Positions 24,186 to 31,712 of a DNA stretch of 32,000 nt are shown piece by piece. This DNA is from Candidatus Saccharimonadota bacterium (lineage in GTDB: Archaea > Nanohalarchaeota > Nanosalinia > Nanosalinales > Nanosalinaceae). Both the position numbers and the translations under genes were made by a program. How positions within the stretch are numbered: position 1 is the stretch's first letter; the number at the start of each line of letters is the position of its first letter. Under the pieces are notes generated by a model. It had not been told where the DNA came from and searched no databases. It was given only the letters and a program-made list of their open reading frames with translations. Where the stretch lies: positions 360,001-392,000 of the forward strand of contig CP012986.1 in the NCBI GenBank assembly GCA_001761425.1, given 5' to 3'.

Positions 24186-25334
24186 TCAGACCTCTCGCTG
24201 TTCCTGAAGCGCTCTGATTGCCTCAAGCCACATCTTCATATGCTTGACCGTGAAGTCGATGAAGTCAGCGTTCGCGTAGTCAGAGAAGTCGAAGTTGTCT
24301 ACGGCTTTGATCATCTCCTCGTAGGCCTCAAAGTAGTCTTCTGCTTGGTCAGGTGCTTCTTCAAGTGCTTCCCAGAAGTGTTCGTTGAGTTCTAGAGCTG
24401 GTACTTCGTTGTTGAGGTCTCCGAAGGTTGATCTTTTGGCTTTGTTGTGTTCACAGAGTGGATAGCCGTTGATCAGGCTTTTATTCAGCATGTCAGCTGC
24501 TTTTTTCAGCGTTAATCCGGACCAGATGTCGTCGAAGCGTCCGATGTCCCATTCGTTGTCGTCCATAGGGAACTGGTAGAATGCCGGGATGACCTCTCTC
24601 TTGAACGCGAGGTTCATCGAGCAGACTGTAAGGTAGTTTCCGTCCTCTGCTGCGAAGTTGTGTGTGAAATCCTCTTTCTTGGTCAGTGTCTCTGCCTGGC
24701 CTTCCAGGTTTCCGTCCATCAAAATTCTCACTGCGTCAAGGTCAGGAATGTTGGTCCAGAGGCCTTGGCTTGCGATTATTTCATTAGTCTCTTTCTCTTC
24801 TGTCTCAACGTTTTCGTCCATCGCGCTGTACGGGTATCCTCGTGGATATAGGTCGTGTCTATCAATGTTCTGGTAGAGTACGTTAACCCATTTTTTGTCG
24901 CTTGAAACGTGTTCAACAGTTTTCTTCGAGTCTAGGTGATCGAGGTGTGCTCCGAAGAAGTCGAAGTCTTCGTGTGGCTGTGTATCGTCGTCTAGGAAGA
25001 TTCCGTACTCGAACTGTGGATGCGCCCACATGAAAAGTAGTCCGAAGCTGGTCTCTGCGTGAGAAGCCGCGGGAACGACATCCGAGTACTCCGAGATATC
25101 GTTTTCCTCGTACCAGGCCTCTCTGTCAGAGCCGTTGAAGACTTCTCCTTCGACTCCGAGATCGTCCAGCATCTCGACCATCGCTTCCCTGTCGTTGAAG
25201 TCCTCTGTTACAAGGACGAGGTAAAGTCTTTCAGTATCAAAATTGTTTTCACGAGCGTTCTCAATATATCCTCTGACAAACTCAGGGTTTCTGATAGTAG
25301 GAGTTATTACACAGATATCTGCTTGATCTACCAT
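24186..25334 (-). CDS. Reversibly glycosylated polypeptide / UDP-arabinopyranose mutase family protein (GT75-like)
   Basis: Colinear with plant RGP motifs (this ORF vs plant):
- ICVITPTIRNPEF vs IVIPTIRNLDF
- IFLDDDT vs FTIDDDC
- YPRGYPYS vs VRGYPFS
- GLWTNIPDLDA vs GLWLNIPDYDA
- CSMNLAFKRE vs CGMNLAFDRD
- IGRFDDIWSG vs IGRYDDMWAG. Confidence 0.85.
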   Translation of the reverse strand: MVDQADICVITPTIRNPEFVRGYIENARENNFDTERLYLVLVTEDFNDREAMVEMLDDLGVEGEVFNGSDREAWYEENDISEYSDVVPAASHAETSFGLLFMWAHPQFEYGIFLDDDTQPHEDFDFFGAHLDHLDSKKTVEHVSSDKKWVNVLYQNIDRHDLYPRGYPYSAMDENVETEEKETNEIIASQGLWTNIPDLDAVRILMDGNLEGQAETLTKKEDFTHNFAAEDGNYLTVCSMNLAFKREVIPAFYQFPMDDNEWDIGRFDDIWSGLTLKKAADMLNKSLINGYPLCEHNKAKRSTFGDLNNEVPALELNEHFWEALEEAPDQAEDYFEAYEEMIKAVDNFDFSDYANADFIDFTVKHMKMWLEAIRALQEQREV

Positions 25335-25354
25335 GGAGATAAACTGGAATGAAG

Positions 25355-25368
25355 TTTTTTTATAATTT
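25355..25368. promoter_or_regulatory. Shared bidirectional TATA element for the divergent RGP-like and GT paralog 3 genes
   Basis: TTTTTTTATAATTT lies in the middle of a 54-nt intergenic spacer. Its centre is about 28 nt from the minus-strand ATG (25334) and about 27 nt from the plus-strand ATG (25389). Confidence 0.45.
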
Positions 25369-25388
25369 CATCAGGAAGGACCTTCTGA

Positions 25389-26315
25389 ATGACCTCTAAA
25401 ATCGGGATAATATACAACTGCGAAGGCTCAGGACACGCAATGAGGATGCTGGCAATTGCACAGCGCCTGGAAGAAAAAAATATACAGTTCAAAATGACAG
25501 GCGGAGGCCCGGGCGAAAAATTCCTTGAAATGAGAGGCCTATCAAGTTACAAACCACGCGTAACCGATATGAGAACAAGGATAGAACAGAACATACTCAA
25601 AGCAGGCCTCTACACATTCACAGATCCGATAAAAAGAATCAAAGACCTCAGAAAATGGATAAGAAAAGAGGAACACGACGCAGTAATCACAGATGATCCT
25701 TCAGGCCTTATAGCGGCCTACCTGGAGGGAAAAAAATTTTATACTGTCAGCCATGTAACTCATCAGGTTCCTGAGGACAGGTTCGAGTCCTGGGCTACAT
25801 GGATAATCAACAGACTGGTGATCCCGAGGAACGAAGAGTTTTTCTATCCTGTTATCTGGGAAGGCCTCAGTCCTGAAGAAGCGACCTGCGTAGGGCCTCT
25901 TGCACCGAAGGGGGAGGAGATGGATCTGGAGTTTGACATTCTTGTAGTGCCGACGGAAGCAGCTGAGATGGAGGAAAGATTCATCAAAGAACTGAAACAG
26001 GACTATGAAGTGAAGGTTGTCGGTTCTGATGAATGGGAGCTACAGCCCTCGCTTCAGCCTTTTATCTCCGAAGCCGATGTCGTGATCTGTGCGGGTTACT
26101 CAACGATGATGGAGGCCTCGGTCGCCGGTACATCTGTAGTAATGATGCCCCAGACCTCGGAACAGAAAGGAGTAGCCAAACTTCTCAAGGATCACGATGG
26201 TTTCAAGATGTATTCTGGAGATATAATGGAAGATGTTGAAGAGGTTGAAAGGCCTGAGCCACGGGAGAACGGAGCAGATCAGATCGCAGAAATGGTCTCA
26301 CAGGACCTCAGGTAA
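25389..26315 (+). CDS. GT-B fold glycosyltransferase, MurG/GT28-like (paralog 3)
   Basis: Contains MTSKIGIIYNCEGSGHAMRMLAIAQRLEEKN and ICAGYSTMMEASVAGTSVVMMPQTSEQKGVAKLL. It retains the MurG-like EQ motif, which has diverged in paralogs 1 and 2. Confidence 0.7.
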   Translation: MTSKIGIIYNCEGSGHAMRMLAIAQRLEEKNIQFKMTGGGPGEKFLEMRGLSSYKPRVTDMRTRIEQNILKAGLYTFTDPIKRIKDLRKWIRKEEHDAVITDDPSGLIAAYLEGKKFYTVSHVTHQVPEDRFESWATWIINRLVIPRNEEFFYPVIWEGLSPEEATCVGPLAPKGEEMDLEFDILVVPTEAAEMEERFIKELKQDYEVKVVGSDEWELQPSLQPFISEADVVICAGYSTMMEASVAGTSVVMMPQTSEQKGVAKLLKDHDGFKMYSGDIMEDVEEVERPEPRENGADQIAEMVSQDLR

Positions 26316-26474
26316 CAATCCTGGCCGAAAAAGATTTTCTGGGTGAGATACGTTTGATTAATAATAGTGTATCGAACAGTTACCTGTACAGGAACACCCG
26401 GGAGAAGGCCTTCATTATAGAAGGGCTGTTTTTCCCGGTGAAAAGCTGGTAAGAACTTTCAGGAAAGTGCTAGG

Positions 26475-28127
26475 ATGGGAACTGACAACGTTGATGTCTT
26501 CAAGAAGGTAATATTCAGGATTCCTGAGCTCAGGAAGATTCTGGCAGCTATAATAGGCCTTGGATCGGTCTATGCTGCTGTTACTCATGTTTCATTTTCA
26601 GCGTTTGCAGGAAGATCTCTCAGCCTTGTGGTTATGCCTTTCCTGGCGTTTTTCGTCTATATTGCCCCGGCAGCGGTTTCTGGAGAGGTGCTTTACCGCA
26701 TCCTGCCTGATTATCCTAGAAAATGGGGTTACTTCCTGGCGACGTGTAATCAGGCAATACTACTGGTATTCAGTCTTTTACTCTCCCTTTCGACAAATAT
26801 AGTCACCACCTGGAATATAATCTGGCTGGGCCTGATGACAGTCTACCTCTCGAACTTCTTCATACTCCTTATCTCCGTAGGATACCAGTATCTCAGAAAA
26901 GTAGGCCTTATCAGCCTGGTACAGCCTGTAATGATACTTGCATCGTTCCACCTCTTCCTCGGAAGATACCTCCAGATACCTTTAAGCCTGTACATCCTCA
27001 ACTTCGGGTTCCTGCTGGTAATGGGCCTTCTACTGGTGATATCGTTCGCAATCTTCGATTACCTTATAGGAAGCAACGTAGCCAACGTCTCCGTCATCCA
27101 ACTAGCATCAGGCCTCCTACAGAAAAGACAGGAAGCACTAGACCTCGGATTCCCCGCAGAACCAGACGTACAAACTCTTTCCATCAAAAACAAGGCCTCA
27201 GACCTGACAGTTTCGATCCCATGGATACATCCAGGCCCCCTGGAAGGTTTCGGAGGAGGAAAAATCACGACACATATCATAGACCTGATAAACAAAGACG
27301 AAGGAGAAGGATTTTTCTTCCACGTCCCATCAACACATCAGTCAGATCCAGCGGATCCAAGAGACACAGGAAAGATTGTCAATGCGATGAAAAGGCCTGA
27401 AAACAGTGGAAAGGCATCGAAGATGATCAAAAAAAGCTTTGGAAGCACAACTTTCTACGGAAGGGCCTTCGGCGACAAAAAAATAGTTTTCCTGGAGATA
27501 GAGAACTTCGATGACTATGAAATCGCGGTATTCCGCGACCTAGTGGATCTTAAAAAAGTTACAGTAGTCGATCTCCACAACGACGACTTCAACGAAGGCG
27601 ATAGAGAAAACATGTACTACGGAACGTCTGTAGCCGAGAAAACCAGAAAACAAATGAGGGAATTCCTCGAGGAACTTGACTCCCTGGAACAGTACAGTTA
27701 CAGCGCTGGCTTCACAATGGAGATTGGAGATCCATCGGTCATGAGCATTGTAGAAGAAGTCGATGGACAGAGAACAGTTCTCTACGGCATAGAAGGTAAC
27801 GGCTCCTCGAAGAACCTGAGAGAACTCAGAGAAGAATTCAGGGAAGGCTTTGATGAAGTACTGCTTTTCAGCACAGATACACACAGCAGCATACACGAGA
27901 TGGCGACAAAAGAACAAGTAGACAAAGACAGGATCAGAGAAACAGTCAAAGAAGCCTCCTCGAATACATCAGAGGCCTCTATAGGCCTTGCACATGGGAA
28001 AGCAGACAGAATGAATCTTCTAAGAGAAGACTATGCCTCACTGATCTTCAGTATTAACATACTGGTAAGACTGATACCTCTAACTCTTGCTTTGTTCTAC
28101 ATACTCCTGGTGGTCTGGACACTGTAG
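26475..28127 (+). CDS. Archaeal polytopic membrane protein with a central soluble domain (DUF2070-like)
   Basis: 550 aa: about 6-7 N-terminal TM segments, a roughly 300-aa soluble domain (WIHPGPLEGFGGGKIT, FFFHVPSTHQSDPADP) and a C-terminal TM. The family name is recalled from architecture only. Confidence 0.55.
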   Translation: MGTDNVDVFKKVIFRIPELRKILAAIIGLGSVYAAVTHVSFSAFAGRSLSLVVMPFLAFFVYIAPAAVSGEVLYRILPDYPRKWGYFLATCNQAILLVFSLLLSLSTNIVTTWNIIWLGLMTVYLSNFFILLISVGYQYLRKVGLISLVQPVMILASFHLFLGRYLQIPLSLYILNFGFLLVMGLLLVISFAIFDYLIGSNVANVSVIQLASGLLQKRQEALDLGFPAEPDVQTLSIKNKASDLTVSIPWIHPGPLEGFGGGKITTHIIDLINKDEGEGFFFHVPSTHQSDPADPRDTGKIVNAMKRPENSGKASKMIKKSFGSTTFYGRAFGDKKIVFLEIENFDDYEIAVFRDLVDLKKVTVVDLHNDDFNEGDRENMYYGTSVAEKTRKQMREFLEELDSLEQYSYSAGFTMEIGDPSVMSIVEEVDGQRTVLYGIEGNGSSKNLRELREEFREGFDEVLLFSTDTHSSIHEMATKEQVDKDRIRETVKEASSNTSEASIGLAHGKADRMNLLREDYASLIFSINILVRLIPLTLALFYILLVVWTL

Positions 28128-28159
28128 AGTTGAAATAACTTGCTATACAAAAAACTGAT

Positions 28160-28480
28160 ATGCCGACAGAGGAAGAAGTCGAGGAACAGCTCAGGGAAGT
28201 AATTGACCCGGAACTCGATATAAACATAGTAGATCTAGGCCTTGTGAGAGAAATAGACATAGAAGACGATAGGGTAGAAATCCTTATGACTCTTACAACT
28301 CCTGGATGCCCGCTCCACAGCGTATTCGACGAGATGGTACGACAGGAAGTCGGAGGCCTTCCGGGCGTCAACGAAGTAGACGTAGAACTTACCTTCGAAC
28401 CGCGCTGGACACCAGAAGAAATGAGCGACGAAGCAAGAAACGAAATAGGACACCTACCAGGAATGGCAGGAGGATTCTAA
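28160..28480 (+). CDS. DUF59 / FeS_assembly_P (MIP18/SufT-like) Fe-S cluster assembly protein
   Basis: Contains EEVEEQLREVIDPELDINIVDLGLVREI...ILMTLTTPGCPL, the hallmark of the family. Confidence 0.85.
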   Translation: MPTEEEVEEQLREVIDPELDINIVDLGLVREIDIEDDRVEILMTLTTPGCPLHSVFDEMVRQEVGGLPGVNEVDVELTFEPRWTPEEMSDEARNEIGHLPGMAGGF

Positions 28481-28538
28481 AGCAATTCCCGTAGCAATTG
28501 GGAGTACTTGATGAGTCTAAGGACTCATCTCTGGTTGA

Positions 28539-29507
28539 TTACTTCTCTTTGATGTTTACGCTGTAACCTGATTTCACGAACTCCTTATGCTCCTTGATCC
28601 TCTTCTTCAGTTCATCTGAGAACTCTGAGGCCTTTCTGACTTCTCCGTCTACAGTTACAGGAGGATCGACGGCACGGGCTTTCGTTGTGACCTCCATATC
28701 AGGATTTTCAGCCTCCAGCTCGATCTCAAAGCCGTTGTCCAGAAGCTCGAGCTTTTCCTGTATCAGCTTGTTATCAGAGTTTCTCAGCTTCTCCATTACC
28801 TGTTCATCGGTGCCGAAAAGCTCTTCCTCTGTCAAGACATCCTGTTCCAAGGCCTCTTTTACAGCTTTCGCAAATATCTCGGTCAAGATGACTTCTTTCG
28901 GGTTCGCCCACCATTCTTCATCGGCCTCTGCATACTTTTTTCCGTACTCGATCGCCAGCTCCCTATCGTCAAGGACGAACATGCCTCCGACAGACGTTAG
29001 TGAATCCGCGAAATGATCTACTTTCCAGTCACCGTATCTCTGCGAGTCACGGAGGAAATAATCAATCCTGTCCGCACATAAATCTGGCGCGTCACGTTCA
29101 AGAAGCCCGAAGTTCTCCTCATCAAGTATATAATCCACGTCAAGGCCATGTTTTTCCAGTATCTCCGGTATCTCAGAGTCCTTCACCACTTTCTCCAGGA
29201 AGCGGTCGTGATAATCATGCTCATCAGTATCATAGACAAAATCAACCATATGCGAGAACGCGGTGTGCGGAACATCGTGTAAAAGGCCTGCGATCTGTTC
29301 CTCCAGAGAAGCACCGTGGTCGCGCAGAAGAAGCATCACACCTAGAGAATGTTCGTAACGAGTCATAGGATACTTATCCATGAAAAACGGTTGAGGCCCT
29401 GCCTGATGGATATTCTTCAACCGCTGGAAAGGCCTTGAATCAATCAACTCTTTCAGAACTTCTTCCTCTATTTCTCTATCGCCGTAGACCGCATCCTCAA
29501 TCAACAT
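28539..29507 (-). CDS. HD-domain metal-dependent phosphohydrolase
   Basis: Contains YEHSLGVMLL and LLHDVPHTAFSH (H...HD motif), followed by CADRIDYFLRD as in COG1078-type HD proteins. Confidence 0.8.
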   Translation of the reverse strand: MLIEDAVYGDREIEEEVLKELIDSRPFQRLKNIHQAGPQPFFMDKYPMTRYEHSLGVMLLLRDHGASLEEQIAGLLHDVPHTAFSHMVDFVYDTDEHDYHDRFLEKVVKDSEIPEILEKHGLDVDYILDEENFGLLERDAPDLCADRIDYFLRDSQRYGDWKVDHFADSLTSVGGMFVLDDRELAIEYGKKYAEADEEWWANPKEVILTEIFAKAVKEALEQDVLTEEELFGTDEQVMEKLRNSDNKLIQEKLELLDNGFEIELEAENPDMEVTTKARAVDPPVTVDGEVRKASEFSDELKKRIKEHKEFVKSGYSVNIKEK

Positions 29508-29560
29508 GAAAAAGGTCTTTAAGCTGGAAAGTTAAATCCTCTTCGTCTTCCCAGTATCTT

Positions 29561-29770
29561 TTATTCTGCTGGTAACTGGTTTACTGTCTCGCTGTATCCA
29601 CATCTTTCCGAGTTAAGGTTAATTCGTTGCACATTCTCTGCGTCTACCTCTTCAAAGGTGAACTCATAGCTTTTACCTTGTCCTATGATTTTATCATCTT
29701 TGAGCTTATCTCCGCCCGTGGTTACGTTGACATAGACCCATCTGGCGGGTTCCCATCGTTGTTCGAAACA
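29561..29770 (-). pseudogene. Start-less open frame that continues the 29722..30291 ORF in another frame (possible frameshift, sequencing error or gene decay)
   Basis: Hand translation gives CFEQRWEPARWVYVNVTTGGDKLKDDKIIGQGKSYEFTFEEVDAENVQRINLNSERCGYSETVNQLPAE*. That is 69 sense codons with no ATG, GTG or TTG. It overlaps the last 49 nt of the upstream ORF and fills an otherwise empty 214-nt gap. Confidence 0.3.
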
Positions 29771-30291
29771 TTAACTGAGAGTTCTTCTCCCTGGACTGAG
29801 GCCTCTTCTACAGTTATCTCTGAAGCCCTGCACGTTTCTCTTCTTTCTTGTTCTACTTCCTTCTGGTTTATTTCGTTCATAAGCTCCAGGCCTGAGACTG
29901 TATTAATTACTTCACCATCTTCCAACTGGTAGATATAGGCACTTCTGCTGTTGTTTGCGAGTACCATAGTGCTTTCGATCTGATCGAAACTTGCGAAGTC
30001 TGCGGCCAATGTGAAAGTAGATCTTCTGTTTCCTATGCTGCTTCCAGTCCAGTTGTAAGGATAATCGTTTTCTCGTGAGAAAGAAACTGTTTCACTGGTT
30101 ATATTGTAGGTTCTGAGCTGTACTTCGCCTTCCTGTTGAAGTCTCTGGAACGATTCTGTGTTTTTTACTGCTTCGAGGCCTTCAGACTCTGAAGCTCCGC
30201 CACCAGCTAAAAGGTAGAATCCAAGGCCTCCGATAAGGATTAGTGCTAGAAGTACAGGTATTACAGGGATGGTTAACTCTCCTTTCTCCAT
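29722..30291 (-). CDS. N-terminally membrane-anchored or secreted hypothetical protein
   Basis: MEKGELTIPVIPVLLALILIGGLGFYLLAGGG is followed by a beta-rich, S/T/N-rich sequence. A TATA-like element lies about 26 nt upstream. Confidence 0.6.
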   Translation of the reverse strand: MEKGELTIPVIPVLLALILIGGLGFYLLAGGGASESEGLEAVKNTESFQRLQQEGEVQLRTYNITSETVSFSRENDYPYNWTGSSIGNRRSTFTLAADFASFDQIESTMVLANNSRSAYIYQLEDGEVINTVSGLELMNEINQKEVEQERRETCRASEITVEEASVQGEELSVNVSNNDGNPPDGSMST

Positions 30292-30439
30292 AGATACAGG
30301 TTCTGTGAACTCGTTAAAAAACCTGGCGGATTTTCCTGCAGAGGCCTTTTTTTGACCTTGAGGAATGCAATATTTTGTTTTACTGGAACTTTGCTTTTAG
30401 TCTGAAATGAGTATTTTTTAGGTAGGAGGTGGAAGAAAG

Positions 30440-30946
30440 ATGACAGAGATAAAAACTGCTCATGACCTGTTTGTCCACAACCTGAAATCTATTTATTACC
30501 TTGAACAGAGGCTTCGGGATGAGCTGGATGGTCTGGCAGGTGAGGTCACTAATGATGATCTGGCGGAGGCTCTCCAGGAACACAGGAGGGAAACTGTGGA
30601 TCAGGTGGAGAGACTTGAAAAAGTGTTTGAGAAACTGGGTGAGGAGATAGAAGGCCACCGTGCTGCCGATTTCCACGGCCATTTCAGGGAGATAAAACAG
30701 CTGAACGAGGATATCTACGAGACAGATATGCTTAACATCGCCTTCCTTGATGCAGCGATAAAAACAGAGCAGATGGAGATAACCACCTACAACAGCCTGA
30801 TCAGGATAGTCGATGACCTGGCAGTAGACGACGATATAGAGAATCTTCTGAAAGACAATCTCCGGGAGGAGAAAGAAGCTCTCGAAAAACTCAGGAAACT
30901 CGCCGGTGAAACATGGTTCAGCAAGATAGTAAAAAGCCTTACCTAG
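30440..30946 (+). CDS. DUF892 (YciE/YciF-like) ferritin-like protein
   Basis: AHDLFVHNLKSIYYLEQRLRDEL...LAEALQEHRRETVDQVERLEKVFEKLG matches the family pattern. Both AGGAGGTG 8 nt upstream and a T-rich TATA-like element about 24 nt upstream are present. Confidence 0.85.
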   Translation: MTEIKTAHDLFVHNLKSIYYLEQRLRDELDGLAGEVTNDDLAEALQEHRRETVDQVERLEKVFEKLGEEIEGHRAADFHGHFREIKQLNEDIYETDMLNIAFLDAAIKTEQMEITTYNSLIRIVDDLAVDDDIENLLKDNLREEKEALEKLRKLAGETWFSKIVKSLT

Positions 30947-31018
30947 CAGAAAAACCTGGAGAATCATATCTTGGACTTAAACTCGAAAAAACTTTTTCCG
31001 TTAACCGAGTTGAAAAGT

Positions 31019-31090
31019 TGCGGCGTCGGGGATTTGAACCCCGGTTACGCGCATGGCAAGCACGTGTCTTAGCCACTGGACCAACGCCGC
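31019..31090 (-). tRNA. tRNA-Gly (anticodon GCC), no intron, no encoded CCA
   Basis: The reverse complement is GCGGCGT-TG-GTCC-AGTGGCTA-AGAC-A-CGTGC-TTGCCAT-GCGCG-TAAC-CGGGG-TTCAAAT-CCCCG-ACGCCGC-A. It has a 7-bp acceptor stem, a 5-bp anticodon stem with one G-U pair, a 5-bp T stem with a TTCAAAT loop and the anticodon loop TT-GCC-AT. Confidence 0.93.
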
Positions 31091-31108
31091 TTAGGATCAC
31101 TCTCTTAC

Positions 31109-31120
31109 TGTATAATAAGT
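31109..31120 (-). promoter_or_regulatory. TATA box for tRNA-Gly
   Basis: The minus strand reads CTTATTATACAG, with its centre about 24-25 nt upstream of the mature tRNA 5' end at 31090. Confidence 0.45.
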
Positions 31121-31247
31121 CAGTCGAAAGTTCCTGGTAACTACATTCACAATGTTTGGTTATTTTCTTAAATAGCTATGATTTCTGTGGAGGCCTTGAA
31201 TTTTTCAGGTTCCACATTTTTGAAGTTTGGAAGATAACGTTTGAGTT

Positions 31248-31709
31248 ATGGAAGATAAAAGTCCGGAGATGGATGATGAGGCACGGAAGGATTTCCTTGT
31301 TGACAGGGCGAAAGAAGCTATCGAACACCAGCTTGAAACCGGAGACGACCCTTTCGAGGAGGAGAGGCCTCAGAGACCTGAATTAAATACAAAGAGGAAC
31401 AGCCTCGATGAGAAAGTCGAGCAGAAGGCCTCAAAGAAGACCTCCGGTGAGTGGAGTATGGAGGAGATCAAGTTTCTGAAGAACAACCGATCCGAGATGA
31501 GCAATGAGGAGATGGAAGAGTTTATGAACAAAGAATCTGAGCTTCACGAGGTTGACTGGGAGCCTTTCTCACGTTCACAGGAGCGTTATCTTATCCAGGC
31601 CTACCAGACCTCTGATCTGGAAGAGCTGGCGGAGCAAATGGATCGCATCGAGAAAGTTCTGGACCTGAAGCTCAGGATGATGGGCCTCGAAGTGCCGGAG
31701 GCAGAATAG
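31248..31709 (+). CDS. Highly charged hypothetical protein (153 aa), upstream partner of nop5
   Basis: ORF with E/K/D-rich composition. A TATA-like ATTTTTGA lies about 28 nt upstream. Its stop is 3 nt before the nop5 ATG. Confidence 0.6.
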   Translation: MEDKSPEMDDEARKDFLVDRAKEAIEHQLETGDDPFEEERPQRPELNTKRNSLDEKVEQKASKKTSGEWSMEEIKFLKNNRSEMSNEEMEEFMNKESELHEVDWEPFSRSQERYLIQAYQTSDLEELAEQMDRIEKVLDLKLRMMGLEVPEAE

Positions 31710-31712
31710 GCC

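Noticed and set aside
26398-26441. Weak inverted repeat (CCGGGA ... TCCCGG) in the 159-nt gap upstream of the DUF2070-like gene
   Set aside because: It has only a 6-bp stem with a loop of about 29 nt and no supporting inner pairing. That is not enough to call an RNA element or terminator.
30424-30431. Perfect Shine-Dalgarno-like AGGAGGTG 8 nt upstream of the DUF892 ATG
   Set aside because: A T-rich TATA-like block about 24 nt upstream of the same ATG predicts a leaderless transcript that would exclude this motif. I cannot decide between the two readings from sequence alone, so it is not called as a feature.
30380-30967. 195-aa minus-strand ORF
   Set aside because: It lies fully antisense to the DUF892 ferritin-like gene, which matches its family pattern. 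It is F/Y/L/C-rich and non-acidic.
31019-31247. Possibility that tRNA-Gly marks an integration hotspot or genomic island border; also ORF 31156..31386
   Set aside because: No integrase, direct repeat of the tRNA 3' end or compositional break is visible on either side. The 76-aa ORF overlaps the promoter region and the start of the 153-aa gene in another frame.
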